The notes beneath the pieces are model-generated. The model did not search any database and was not told where the DNA came from. It saw only the letters and a list, made by a program, of their open reading frames with translations. The position numbers and the translations under genes were made by a program. Below are positions 1 through 11,225 of a stretch of DNA of 64,000 nt, piece after piece. Source of the DNA: Chiloscyllium plagiosum (Eukaryota); NCBI RefSeq assembly GCF_004010195.1, contig NC_057720.1, positions 34,654,453-34,718,452 of the forward strand. The letters are read 5' to 3'. Numbering within the stretch: position 1 is the first letter of the stretch; the number at the start of each line of letters is the position of its first letter.

Positions 1-185
1 CCCCCACCTCTGACCCTACTACAACATTTAAATCCTGGAACCTGCCACAGCCAATCCTGTCCCTGTTCTAGCCATGTCTCCGTAATAGCCACAACATTGA
101 AGTCCCAGGTACCAACCCACGCTGCAAGTTCACCTACCTTATTTCGTATACTTCTTGCATTGAAGTATACACACTTCAAGCCACT
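1..185 (-). mobile_element. CR1 LINE ORF2 N-terminus (APE endonuclease), running off the left edge of the window
   Basis: Reverse strand translates GLKCVYFNARSIRNKVGELAAWVGTWDFNVVAITETWL, containing the N-A-R-S and I-T-E-T-W motifs of APE endonucleases; lies directly downstream of ORF1. Confidence 0.9.
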
Positions 186-294
186 TTCCTGTTTACAGAC
201 ACCCTCCTTGGAAATTTATGCCATGTTCCTAACCTCCCTACATTCTAGGTCCTGCACCCTAAAGCTACAGTCTGGTTCCCATGCCCCTGCAGAG

Positions 295-1103
295 TTAGTT
301 TAAACCCCCCCGAAGAGCACTAGCGAACCTCCCCCCAAGGATACTGGTGCCCCTCAGTTTCAGGTGTAGACCATCCTGTTTATAGGGGTCCCACCGTCCC
401 CAGAAAGAACCCCAGTTATCCAAAAACTGGAACCCCTCCCTCCTGCACCATCCCTGGAGCCACGCATTTAATTGTTCTCTCTCCCTATTCCTCGAATCTC
501 TATCACGTGGCACGGGTAACAAACCAGAGACAACAACTCTGTTCGTTCTAACTTTGAGCTTCCAACCTAGCTCCCTGAAAGCCTGTCTAACATCCTCGGC
601 ACTCCTCCTACCTATGTCGTTGGTGCCAATATGGACCACGACTTCGCGCTGCTCCCCCTCCCCATCCAGGTCCCCGAAAACACGCTCAGAGACATCACGT
701 ACCCTTGCACCTGGGAGGCAACATACCAAATGTGAGTCTCTCTCGTTCCCACAAAACCGCCTATCTGTGCCCCTAACTATCGAGTCCCCAATTACTACTG
801 CTCTGCTCTTCTTCGCCCTTCCCTTCTGAGTAACGGGGACAGGCTCCGTGCCAGAGACCTGGGCCCCGTTACTTACCCCTGGTAAGTCATCCCCCCACAA
901 GTATCCCTAAAGCTCTGATCTATGACCCCCTCTGCCTCCCGAATGATCCTAAGTTCATCCAACTCCAGCTCCAGTTCCCTAACACGGTCTTGGAGGAGCT
1001 GGAGATGGGTGCACTTCCTGCAAGTGTAATCGGCAGAGATGTCCATGGCATCCCTCACCTCAAACATGTTGCAAGAGGAACATTGCACTGCCTTCACTGC
1101 CAT
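295..1103 (-). mobile_element. CR1 LINE ORF1 (zinc finger + leucine zipper + SGNH esterase), broken by a frameshift/deletion near 900
   Basis: ORF 873..1154 has CxxC..CxxC followed by the heptad LQLLQDRVRELELELDEL (likely ATG at 1103). ORF 295..900 has GDSIVR, PGA, HIGTND and DGLHL, the SGNH blocks typical of CR1 ORF1. Confidence 0.92.
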
Positions 1104-1458
1104 CCCTCTGAAAGTAACCTTTTTTAAAAAAACTGGGTCTAAAGAATACAACAAGCAAAATGCAGCACTTACCTACTCACCACAACGGGTCTTATTATTT
1201 AGGTTAGAGGAGGAGGGCGGGTGGGAGACACTACCTCTGTAGTGCCTCGGGTTCTTCTCCTGCACGCTTTTAAAGGGAAAAAACCTACCCAGGTAAGCTT
1301 ACGCTCTACCTGCTTCCAGGTCCCGGCTGCCCCTCTGGTCTTCGTCACTTCCCCCTGCTGCTCCCGCTCTTTCTGTGAAGAGAAAAAAAACACCGCTGCC
1401 CGCTACCGGTAAGTAATTTTAAAACAAACTGTCTTACCTTAGCTGCTGCTCGCACTCA
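1104..1458 (-). mobile_element. 5' UTR of the minus-strand CR1 element
   Basis: GC-richer, CpG-containing segment immediately upstream of the ORF1 ATG; ends abruptly at the junction with the plus-strand RT segment. Confidence 0.7.
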
Positions 1459-1459
1459 A

Positions 1460-3176
1460 AGTGTGTGGAGCTGCTGGAGATGGGGCAGATACTAAATGCA
1501 CATTTTGCATCAGTATTTATTGTGGAAAAGGACATGGAAGATATAGAATGTAGGGAAATAGATGGTGACATCCTGAAAAATGTCCATATTACAGAGGAGG
1601 AAGTGCTGGATGTCTTGAAATGCATAAAGGTGGACCCCAGAACTCTGTGGGAAGCTAGGGAAGGTATTGCTGGGCCTCTTACTGCGATATTTGAATCATC
1701 AATAGTCACAGGTGAGAATCCGGAAGACTGGAGGTTGGCTAACATGGTGCCACTGTTTAAGAAGGGTGGTAAGGACAAGGCAGGGAACTATAGAGTGAGC
1801 TTGATGTCAGCGGTGGGCAAGTTGTTGGAGGGAATCCTGAGGGACAGGGTCTACATGTATGTGAAAAGGCAAGAACTGATTAGGGATAGTCAACATGGCT
1901 TTATGTATGGGACATCATGTCTCACAAACTTGATTGAGTTTTTTTGAAGAAGTAACAAAGAGGATTGATGAGGGCAGAGTGGTAGATGTGATCTGTATGG
2001 ACTCCGATAAGGCGTTCGACAAGGTTCCCCATGGGAGACTGATTAGCAAGGTTAGGTCTCATGGAATACAGGGAGAACTCACCATTTGGATACAGAACTG
2101 GCTCAAAGGTAGAAGACAGAGGGTGGGGGTGGAGGGTTGTTTTTCAGACTGGAGGCCTGTGATCAGTGGAGTGCCACAATGATCGGTGCTGGGTCCACTA
2201 CTTTTTGTCATTTACATAAATGACTTGGATGTGAGCATAAGAGGTACAGTTAGTAAGTTTGCAGATGACACCAAAATTGGTGGTGTAGTGGACAGCGAAG
2301 AGGGTTACTTTAGATTACAACAGGATCTGGACCAGATGAGCCAATGGGCTGAGAAGTGGCAGATGGAGTTTAATTCAGATAAATGTGAGGTGCTGCATTT
2401 TGGGAAAGCAAATCTGAGCAGGACTTATACACTTAATGGTAAAGTCGTAGGGAGTGTTGCTGAACAAAGAGACCTTGGAGCGGAGGTTCATCGCTCCTTG
2501 AAAGTGGAGTTGCAGGCAGATAGGATAGTGAAGAAGGCGTTTAGTATGCTTTCCTTTATTGGTCAGAGCATTGAGTACAGGAGTTAGGAGGTCATGTTGT
2601 GGCTGTACAGGACATTGGTTAGGCCACTATTGGAATATTGTGTGCAATTCTGATCTCCTTCCTATCGGAAAAATGTGAAACTCGAAAGGGTTCAGAAAAG
2701 ATTTACAAGGATGTCGCCAGGTTTGGAGGATTTGAGCTATCGGGAGCGGTTGAATAGGCTAGGCTGTTTTTCCCTGGAGCGTTGGCGGCTGAGGGATGAC
2801 CTTATGGAGGTTTATAAAATCATGAGGGGCATAGATTGTGTGAATAACCAAGATGTTTTCCCTGGTATGGGGGGGGGGGAGGGGTCCAGAACTAGAGGAC
2901 ATAGGTTTAGGATGAGAGGGGAAATGTATAAAAAAGACCTAAGGAGAAACTTTACTCAGAGGGTGGTACGTGTGTGGAATGAGCTACCAGAGGAAGTGGT
3001 GGAGGCTAGGATAATTGCAACATTTAAGAGGCATTTGGATGGGTCTATGAATAGGAAGGGTTTAGAGGGATATGTGCCGGGTGCTGGCAGGTGGGACTAG
3101 ATTGGGTCGGGATGGACGGGTTGGACCAAAGGGTCTGTTTCCGTGCTGTATATCCCTATGACTCTATAACTCTAAA
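1460..3176 (+). mobile_element. CR1 LINE 3' half (RT, C-terminal domain, 3' UTR and tail), disrupted by stops and frameshifts
   Basis: Consecutive ORFs 1465..3100 carry PEDWRLANMVPLFKKG, QHGF, DKAFDKVPH, SGVPQ, KFADDTK and LERVQKRFTRM; ends in the microsatellite-like tail tatgactctataactcta. Confidence 0.95.
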
Positions 3177-3619
3177 TCCACCCTACAAAGTTTGACAGAC
3201 CTTTGTGGTGGCTTTCTTCGAATTTAGTGGCTTAATGTTGCCATTTCTCTCCCTAACAGCAAAATCTGTGTCAGTGAAGTTCTGTAACAATTACTTACAG
3301 AAATTATTGTGGCCTGGAGGAGTTGTTGAAAAATCATACATTTTTATATTTGTTCAAAATTACTTATAATGCGAATGATGTGACTGATAGAACATGCTTA
3401 TACTTTACTGTGCTTCAAAATTAAACTATAAAATTGTGCTTCCTTTGCCTATTATTACTGAGTTTGCTATTTGTTATGTTGTTGATTCTCTGTTGCATGC
3501 ATCATGTATAAATTATCTCAAATTGCATATTTTTCACATCAAAACTTGTTATAAAGATATAATAATTCACAATTCTTTACTTACATGCATTGAATCCTAT
3601 GCAAACATGAGCACACTTG

Positions 3620-3798
3620 TGGATGCTAAAAATCTGAACCAAAAACAAAGAGTGCTGGAGAAACTCAGCAGGTCTGGCTGCAGTTGTAATCCATTATCAG
3701 AACTGTTCTGATGAAGTGTCTCTGGAATCAAAATGTTAATTTTCTCTCTGTATAATATTGTCAGACCTGCTGAGTTTCTGCAGTATCTTCTGCATTTG
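3620..3798. mobile_element. Palindromic non-coding Penelope-derived terminal-repeat element
   Basis: Inverted arms tgctggagaaactcagcaggtctggc / gtcagacctgctgagtttctgcagta around a degenerate ctgatga hammerhead core at 3708. Confidence 0.7.
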
Positions 3799-4379
3799 CC
3801 TCATGCGCACACTTGAAACCATTGCAGAGTGCACGTAGTAGCAAAGACGGTCATATCCTTGACACTCATTTTGATGAACTGAAATTGAACTATCGCTGGT
3901 AAACAATATTCTAAAATGGCTCTTATAGTAAGAGTTTTATTCCTCTATTTCTTCCTTAATTGTATAACTTTTACATTTAAACCATTTTAAATACAAGCCA
4001 ATGTATTCTCTTTTAATTGCAAATCATTAATTAAAGATTGTTTTGATGGATATATATGGTATTCATTACCTATTAAGTACCTACAGTGAATTATAGTCAA
4101 CAATAAACTAGATGGCAAAAAGATCATTATTTTAAAAGCACATTTTAAAGCTTCTTATTTCCTTTCTACATTGGTTCTTGCTGACTTCATGGTCTAACTC
4201 TCTTAAGGTTTTGGTCACTCAGTAACGTTTCAGCTAAGTAGCAATTTTTATAAACAAACTTTGGCACAGAAGAAAACATCACTTGAAGTCAAGATTATTC
4301 CATGATACGTGAAAACTACTTCAATAAAAAAACTGCAGCTGCTGGAAATCTGAAATGTATTTTTACTTTAAAACAATAA

Positions 4380-4545
4380 ACCCAAAGAACTTAGATGCTG
4401 GAAATCAGATACAAAAATGGAAAACACGGGAAAAACTCAGCAAGTCAGGCAGCACCTGTGGAGAGAAAGAAAAATGTTAATTCCGCTTTCTCTCCACTAG
4501 ATGCTGCCAGACCTTCTGAGCTTTTCCAGCAATTTCTACTTTTGT
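4380..4545. mobile_element. Palindromic Penelope-derived terminal-repeat element
   Basis: Inverted arms gaaaaactcagcaagtcaggcagcacctgtggagagaaag / ctttctctccactagatgctgccagaccttctgagcttttc. Confidence 0.7.
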
Positions 4546-4609
4546 ATTAAGAATTAGTTGACAAGAAGTGCAAAAAATAGAAGCAACATCTTAATATGTA
4601 CCACACTAC

Positions 4610-5135
4610 AAGGTAATATAAAATGCTTCACAGTGAATTAAGAATTTCTGAAGTGTAGTCTCCATTGTAACGTATCAGAAGTAGACAATTTGTGCATTTA
4701 GCTGCTACAAACTAATACGATAATGGCAAGATAATAATAATGGTCAGTTAGAAGACTGTGAATAACTCCCTTGCTCTGCTTCAGTATTGGACCCGCTGAG
4801 GAAACAGACAAGACTGTGTTCCTAAGATGATTTGGAGATGGCGGTGTTGGACTGGGGTGTACAAATTGTGTGCTTCCAATTAAACCTGTTGGACTATAAT
4901 CTGGTGTTGTGTGATTTTTTAACTTCCTAAGATGAGTGTTTCAACTTGAAATGCTAAGTTTGCTTCTCTCTCCATAGATGTTGTCAGGCCTGTTGAGTTT
5001 CTCTATTATTCCCTGTTTTAGTTCAGGTTTACAGCATCTTTTTATTAAAGCAGTCTCAGCCTAGGTTTAATGTCTTATCCAACAGTCAGAACTTCCAGCA
5101 GTGTAACGGAGCTTCCTCAGTAATGCACTGCAGTC
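4610..5135 (-). mobile_element. Old Deu-type (SacSINE1/AmnSINE-like) SINE interrupted by Penelope-derived fragments at about 4826-5040
   Basis: Pieces aataactcccttgctct (~4760) and ggtttaatgtcttatcc...cctcagtaatgcactg (5064-5130) are collinear with the SINE copy at 26403-26685. Confidence 0.5.
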
Positions 5136-5242
5136 AGTTACTACAGTACACTTGTGAGACCATATTCACCTGACAATGAAGATAACAAACAGTAAGAACG
5201 TCGCCATTGGAACACAAGATCTGGAAAGTCATTCAGCCCTCA

Positions 5243-5742
5243 NNNNNNNNNNNNNNNNNNNNNNNNNNNNNNNNNNNNNNNNNNNNNNNNNNNNNNNNNN
5301 NNNNNNNNNNNNNNNNNNNNNNNNNNNNNNNNNNNNNNNNNNNNNNNNNNNNNNNNNNNNNNNNNNNNNNNNNNNNNNNNNNNNNNNNNNNNNNNNNNNN
5401 NNNNNNNNNNNNNNNNNNNNNNNNNNNNNNNNNNNNNNNNNNNNNNNNNNNNNNNNNNNNNNNNNNNNNNNNNNNNNNNNNNNNNNNNNNNNNNNNNNNN
5501 NNNNNNNNNNNNNNNNNNNNNNNNNNNNNNNNNNNNNNNNNNNNNNNNNNNNNNNNNNNNNNNNNNNNNNNNNNNNNNNNNNNNNNNNNNNNNNNNNNNN
5601 NNNNNNNNNNNNNNNNNNNNNNNNNNNNNNNNNNNNNNNNNNNNNNNNNNNNNNNNNNNNNNNNNNNNNNNNNNNNNNNNNNNNNNNNNNNNNNNNNNNN
5701 NNNNNNNNNNNNNNNNNNNNNNNNNNNNNNNNNNNNNNNNNN
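5243..5742. other. Assembly gap (500 N)
   Basis: Run of N. Confidence 1.
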
Positions 5743-6378
5743 AGAATCGATGTTTCGGGCATAAGCCCTTCTTCAGGTATGAGGTGAGTGTGCCAAGCCA
5801 GCTGAGATAAAACGTAGGGAGGAAGGACTTTGGGGACGGGCGTTGGAAATGCGATAGGTGGAAGGAGGTTATGGTGAAGGTGATAGGCTGGAGTGGGGAT
5901 GGAGGCGGAGAGGTCTGGAAGAAGATTGCAGGTTCGGAAGGTGGTGCTGAGTTTGAGGGTTGGGACTGAGACAAGGTGGGGAGAGGGGAAATGAGGAAAC
6001 TGGAGAAATCTGAGTTCATCCGTTGTGGTTGGAGGGTTCAGATTTCTCCAGTTTCCTCATTTCCCCTCCCCCCACCTTGTCTCAGTCCCAACCCTCGAAC
6101 TCAGCACCACCTTCCTAACCTGCAATCTTCTTGCTGCCCTTTCCGCTCCCACCCCATCTCCGGCCTATCACCCTCACCTTATCACCCTCACCTTAACCTC
6201 CTTCCACCTATCGTATTTCCAACGCCCCTCCCCCAAGTCCCTCCTCCCTACCTTTTATCTTAGCCTGCTTGGGCACACCTTCCTCATTCCAGAGGAAGGG
6301 GTCATGCCCGAAATGTCGATTCTCCTGCTCCTTGGATGCTGCCTGACCTGCTGCGCTTTTCCAGCAACACATTTTCAG
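5743..6378. mobile_element. Penelope-like element 3' end as an inverted repeat (~270-bp arms centred near 6025)
   Basis: 5743-6013 is the reverse complement of ~6037-6320; both match the 3' end/pLTR of the GIY-YIG element at 37158-38717. Confidence 0.88.
5749..5776 (-). ncRNA. Minimal hammerhead ribozyme motif (Penelope family A)
   Basis: Minus strand reads CTGAAGA-A-GGGC-TTAT-GCCC-GAAAC-ATC: conserved core boxes and a 4-bp stem II. Confidence 0.7.
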
Positions 6379-7712
6379 CCCTTCGTGGACATGTCAAATA
6401 TCAGTCGTTTGTTCAGAAAGAGTAATCATATAATGAAAGGAGTTCTGCTTGACTCTGACAAAGCACATGCTCAAATTAATCAGGTTGAAATATTTGACTT
6501 GGCAGCAACCCTAGGACTGGTATAGATCAACAGCCAGAGATTAATGACCAGGATCCAGACCTTGTACTCACCAGGATTGCGTATCAACAAGTTTTAAATT
6601 GCTCAATAAGCAGAAAATCCATTCAAAAGTGACAAAAAGGCATGATCAAGTTAATTTATATTCCATGGGAATTTACCTTAGGATCAGTCATACCTTAAAG
6701 AGAAACTTCTGTGATACTGAGTATAAAGTCATCAAACATACTGAACGCATCAGTGGGTTTATTTAAGAAATCAGATAACAGCAAAGCCAAAGCCATGGCC
6801 ATACAGTAAAATTGCAACCAGCATGGATTTTAATTGAATTGGCATTTATTAAGATTCACTGTTGTGGCAAAGGAAATGCCATGAAAGACCCAGTGAAATT
6901 AGCCCTGGAATGAATGAACTTATTTCTGCTGTCATTCCTGAGATTTTAATGATGCAATTTAAACTCTAGACTGTAGGTGGTGCACATCTCCTGAAAAACT
7001 GGGCTAGGAGCTTCACTCCCAGGAGCTCTATGCAATTTACTTAACTTGAACCCAACAAATTGGCAACAATCAAAGCAACTTATTTTTAATTTAGAATCTC
7101 CTTCAAACCATTACAGGTCAATCAGTCTTTTCTGTTATCCATCTGAGCTACAACCAAGATAACAACATTTCAAAATGTGTCATGAATTTTGAAGCTCAAT
7201 CCAACAACCTCTTTCCTATTTTGGAATAATTCCCTTTAATTTTCTGCACTGCACCAGTCACTGAAATATCCCTCAAATCAGTTTGGACTATGCTGGGTGA
7301 ATAAGAAATTGACAACTGAAATATACCAGGATGTTACTGTAAGCTGATCCAGGAATGAAACAAAACTTGACCAATATCTATTAATCACCAAAAATAAGAA
7401 AATCTACAACCCAGTACTACTTTTGAGGTGGAAAGAGAGAAAGAGAATAACAAACCCTTGCAGGAAAACGAATCTGTGGGCTGAATGACAACAATCAAAG
7501 ATAGGTACATTGAGATCAATTTTGAAAATCTTAAAATTTAAACATCTGAATTCCAACCAAACCAGCCTCCAACTTGCCTTCTTCAGTGTTTAATAAATCA
7601 GGGATAAAGATCAGGCACCATCCCTGTCCCACATTGCAATTTATTGGTAACATAAAAAATTTAATGAGACTAGCTGCCTTTGATTTAATCTACTTTGCAC
7701 ATTTTACAATAG

Positions 7713-7780
7713 CTGTATGAGATTCCAAGTCTCGAGAAGCACAACAGCAGAAAGAAGGTGAGAGATGTTTTGGAGATAAG
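7713..7780 (+). other. Candidate 68-nt exon (only open frame: LYEIPSLEKHNSRKKVRDVLEI)
   Basis: ttttacaatAG acceptor and consensus AAG|GTAAGT donor in non-repeat sequence; no homology recognised. Confidence 0.25.
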
Positions 7781-8339
7781 GTAAGTGCCTTTCCAACACT
7801 GTTTGAGGACCCAGAATGAATGCATCCACTCACCAAGCTCTCCCCATTGAACACTGGAATACAGAAATTCCTGGATTGGATCTATCCTGCAACTGTATCC
7901 GTAGAATGGATTGGAAATTAAGCTCACTGCTCTGTCAGATCAGGCTGGGATGATATATTGGGCCTACCTATTCCTGTAATATGCTACAGCAGTGAACTCT
8001 CTGTCCATACAAGATGATATTTTGTCACTCAGTGCATAGTCACAACAATTGCTCAAGAGTTAAACATATGGTGGTACTCATATCATGTTTACTACCTAAA
8101 ACACAGCACTGTGCCTACTTAACCCACTCATGTTAATATCCAAGCCAATAAGTAAAGCATTCAAACTGATGCCAAGAGAAACTGTTTCATACAAAGAAAA
8201 GTTGTGAGGCAGCAGAGTTACTTATAGGTTAGTGGTTAGGACAGAACCAATGTCAACATTAAAAACCAGATTGGATAAGCATTGAAAGAAAAGTGTGTTA
8301 GGGAAGACATTTGAAGACTGGATGGGCAAACATGATTAG

Positions 8340-8556
8340 GATTAGCAAGTTTTGAGAAGATTTGTATAAAAAGAACAGGAAATGACAACACTGAGGTAGG
8401 AAATGACATCACCAACCCAAACAAATCTAAGCACATAAATAGCAAGCAGGACATAACACCAGTGCTTCTTTGGAGGCTCACTGATGATGTTACCTACCAT
8501 GGTGCTGAAACGTCTGAAAATGAACCTTCCAGCTGAGCGAGCAAACTTACATCCAT
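8340..8556 (+). mobile_element. Penelope family B terminal-repeat fragment
   Basis: Matches the terminal repeat at 21687-21855 that adjoins a GIY-YIG remnant. Confidence 0.8.
8477..8518 (+). ncRNA. Minimal hammerhead ribozyme motif (Penelope family B)
   Basis: ctca-CTGATGA-tgttacc..ggtgct-GAAAC-GTC-tgaa; tca/tga can form a short stem I; stem II is partly decayed. Confidence 0.65.
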
Positions 8557-10977
8557 GATTAGGATTATTTGCTTGCATGTATTGTAAACATTGACATGGA
8601 CTAGCTTGGCCAAGTGTCTTGTTTCTGTACTGTACATTTCTATGAATGGAGTGAAAACTTGATACTATCAACCCATCTAGTTAGTTTAAAAGTGCAAAGG
8701 GCTGAGTAGGATGAAGCTCATCAAGTGACTGTCTTTGAATTGAAAGAAATTTGCATTGCTACACTTCACCAGGCTAGTGCACTAGAAATCAAGCCCCATT
8801 ATTCCTGGAGTCATCATAAAAATTAAGCATTCTATCAGGATATGCAAACATTCCCTGATTTATCTGTCTATTGAGATTCAGGTGAACAGAAACACAGACG
8901 AGGTTCCTGAACTTATCAAGAATTACTATTTATTATAAAGAAATAGATTCTAGTTACAAGTAAACAACTATGAACTGTTGAAATATAATTCTGCTAGTTA
9001 GGACTCTAACCCCCTTAAAAAAGCCCTACACACATGTGCAGATGCAAACAGATTTTTAAACAACAGTGGTGTTATGGATTGAGGGAAAAAAGATCTAGAA
9101 ATTCAGTTCAGTGGCCCCTGACCATAGGGTTTTTGCTTTTGCTTGCCAGGTCTAAGCAGTAATCTAAGCATCACATAAAACAAATTTCAGTAGATTGCTT
9201 TTAAGGAGTGCAGCAATTCCTTCTCTAATCTTTCATTTTAAAAACAATCCTTTTTCAATTTCAGTCCGCAATCAAAATACAGGAAAACAAAATAATATGG
9301 CTTTTGCGGCATTAGTTACCAAAATCATAGTAAGATGGATTTGGTTTTGCCATGAGGTTAAACATATCTTGATATCGTGCAAAAACTAGTCCAGTATGGG
9401 AAAAGACACTGTTCGGGCTTCTAGCTAGGAACCAATGTAATTCTTCTTAGCCTGTATGTTCAATGCAAAAAAATTACATTTCTAGGTGGAGGGAGACATC
9501 CCTGGGATTGCATGCACTGTATTTAAACAAATTGTTCTGTACTATACTGAATTCACCATCCACCATCTCAAGAGCTAGTGACAACCCTGGTATGGCCATT
9601 TTTGGGAGCCCTGATTAGTTCAAATCCAAATCCTTGCTTCCTAGGCCCTTCAAAATGAGGTTCCCACCTCCAAGGAAATACCAGCAGCTCTTCAATCTCA
9701 GCACCAAGGCAAGGCAGTAACCACTACTAGAATTTCATGAAACCTGAGGTAAAGAACAATAATGCAGGTTCTGGAGCCCAGGCAAGTGTGATGGCCTCAT
9801 TGGGCCCAGCCTAATGAGCCCTGGCATGGTCAGAAGGACAGAGTTTCAGTGCTGAGGGTAGGAGGGATTCTCCTCACCAGATTGCCCTTGTTTCCAGTTG
9901 AGCCTTTGATGCAGCACAGGGTGTTAGAAACAGAGGACCAACTCCTGCCACCCCTTAAATATTTCTAAATTTGTCACTGATGAGCTTCAAGTAGCCTAGG
10001 GGCAGGAAGTCCAACTTTGACAATCCTCACTTGATTGAATTGAGGGAGAATCAGGATGATGTGGGACTCCCTACCTCACCTGAATAAATGACCCTCCTAA
10101 GCTCAGTGCTGAGGGGAGAGGGTGGAATTTACAATGTAATACAGTATTGTGCTTTTGGAAAAGAAATTTCAGCCAATGTTCATGAACTCGAGGACATGTA
10201 CCCATGAAATATGCAAGAACATCCAACTTTGTTAGCTCCCTTCTAATACTCATCCACAAATGAGTAGCAGCAGCTGAGCAATTAAAATGTTGTATCAATG
10301 GGTTTATACAGGATTTTTACTTATCCCTTGACAGGTGATTGTATGTAGAGGATCTGGCAATGGATTGCCTTATTAGCTTCTAATCCTTGCTCTAGGAAGT
10401 TGACTCCCTTCCTCAGAGGGAGGTTGAAAGAATGAGAATATCTACGGGCTATTAACATAGGTTCTTTGCAGAATATGAGGAGGTAGTTTTTTGCTGTTTT
10501 GAGAAATTAGATTTGAAGGTGATCAAGTATTGGAGCAGAGAGAAAAATAACAATGCTGTTGAAATATATTGCTTTGCAGTGAAAGATCTCCATCAGTAAT
10601 ACTATTGTCTATTGAGTTATCAACAGGGGGCGCTGAAAAGCCACATACTGCCCCTTATATATACTCACACATACATTTTATCTGTTGGACTGAGGTTACA
10701 ATAGTATAATTGAGTAACAAAAGGGAAACTTTATGATAAAACCGCCATTTTATTTTTTTCTTTGAGTATTTTGAGAAGCTTCAAATGCCTATGTTTATTC
10801 AGTCTGTTGACAGAGAAGTGATGCATCATGTCTATATAGACTGAATGCTGTTTAGCCAAGTTACAATAGTAAACAACTTGATGGAACATTAAACTCGCTC
10901 AGGTTCAGCAGGTTTACACATAACTTAAAGCAGATTAAATAGACCTGAGTTAATTGACTGAGGTTTCCCCTTTGGAT

Positions 10978-11225
10978 TTAGAATTAGGTTTAGATTTTAT
11001 TGTCACACATAGTCAGGTACAGAAGTACATGAGTACAGTGAGAAGTGTACAATATTGTCATTCCTGGAGCCATCTTAGGTACAAAAGTACATAGGTACAA
11101 AACCTTAAGTACAAAATAGGAAAATAAAGAAATAAGTTAAAAGTTCAACTTTACAATTCTTCTTAGTATAATGTAGAAAAATAAAGAAATATAGTTTAAA
11201 ATTCAACATTACAGACCTTCTTTAT
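10978..11225 (-). mobile_element. 3' end of a non-LTR element (Rex1/L2-like tail) with an internal ~55-bp tandem duplication
   Basis: tttattgtcaca...tacagtga motif shared with 39805-39960; gaaaataaagaaat..ttaaaa.ttcaac.ttaca..cttctt occurs twice. Confidence 0.45.

Noticed and set aside
295..900. Host SGNH/GDSL esterase gene
   Set aside because: It sits between a zinc finger/leucine zipper and an APE endonuclease, so it is CR1 ORF1.
554..1778. ORFs 554..829 (+), 1039..1242 (+) and 1434..1778 (-)
   Set aside because: Antisense shadows of CR1 coding sequence.
5176..6019. Long ORFs of 177-259 aa
   Set aside because: They are open only because they run through the 500-N gap.
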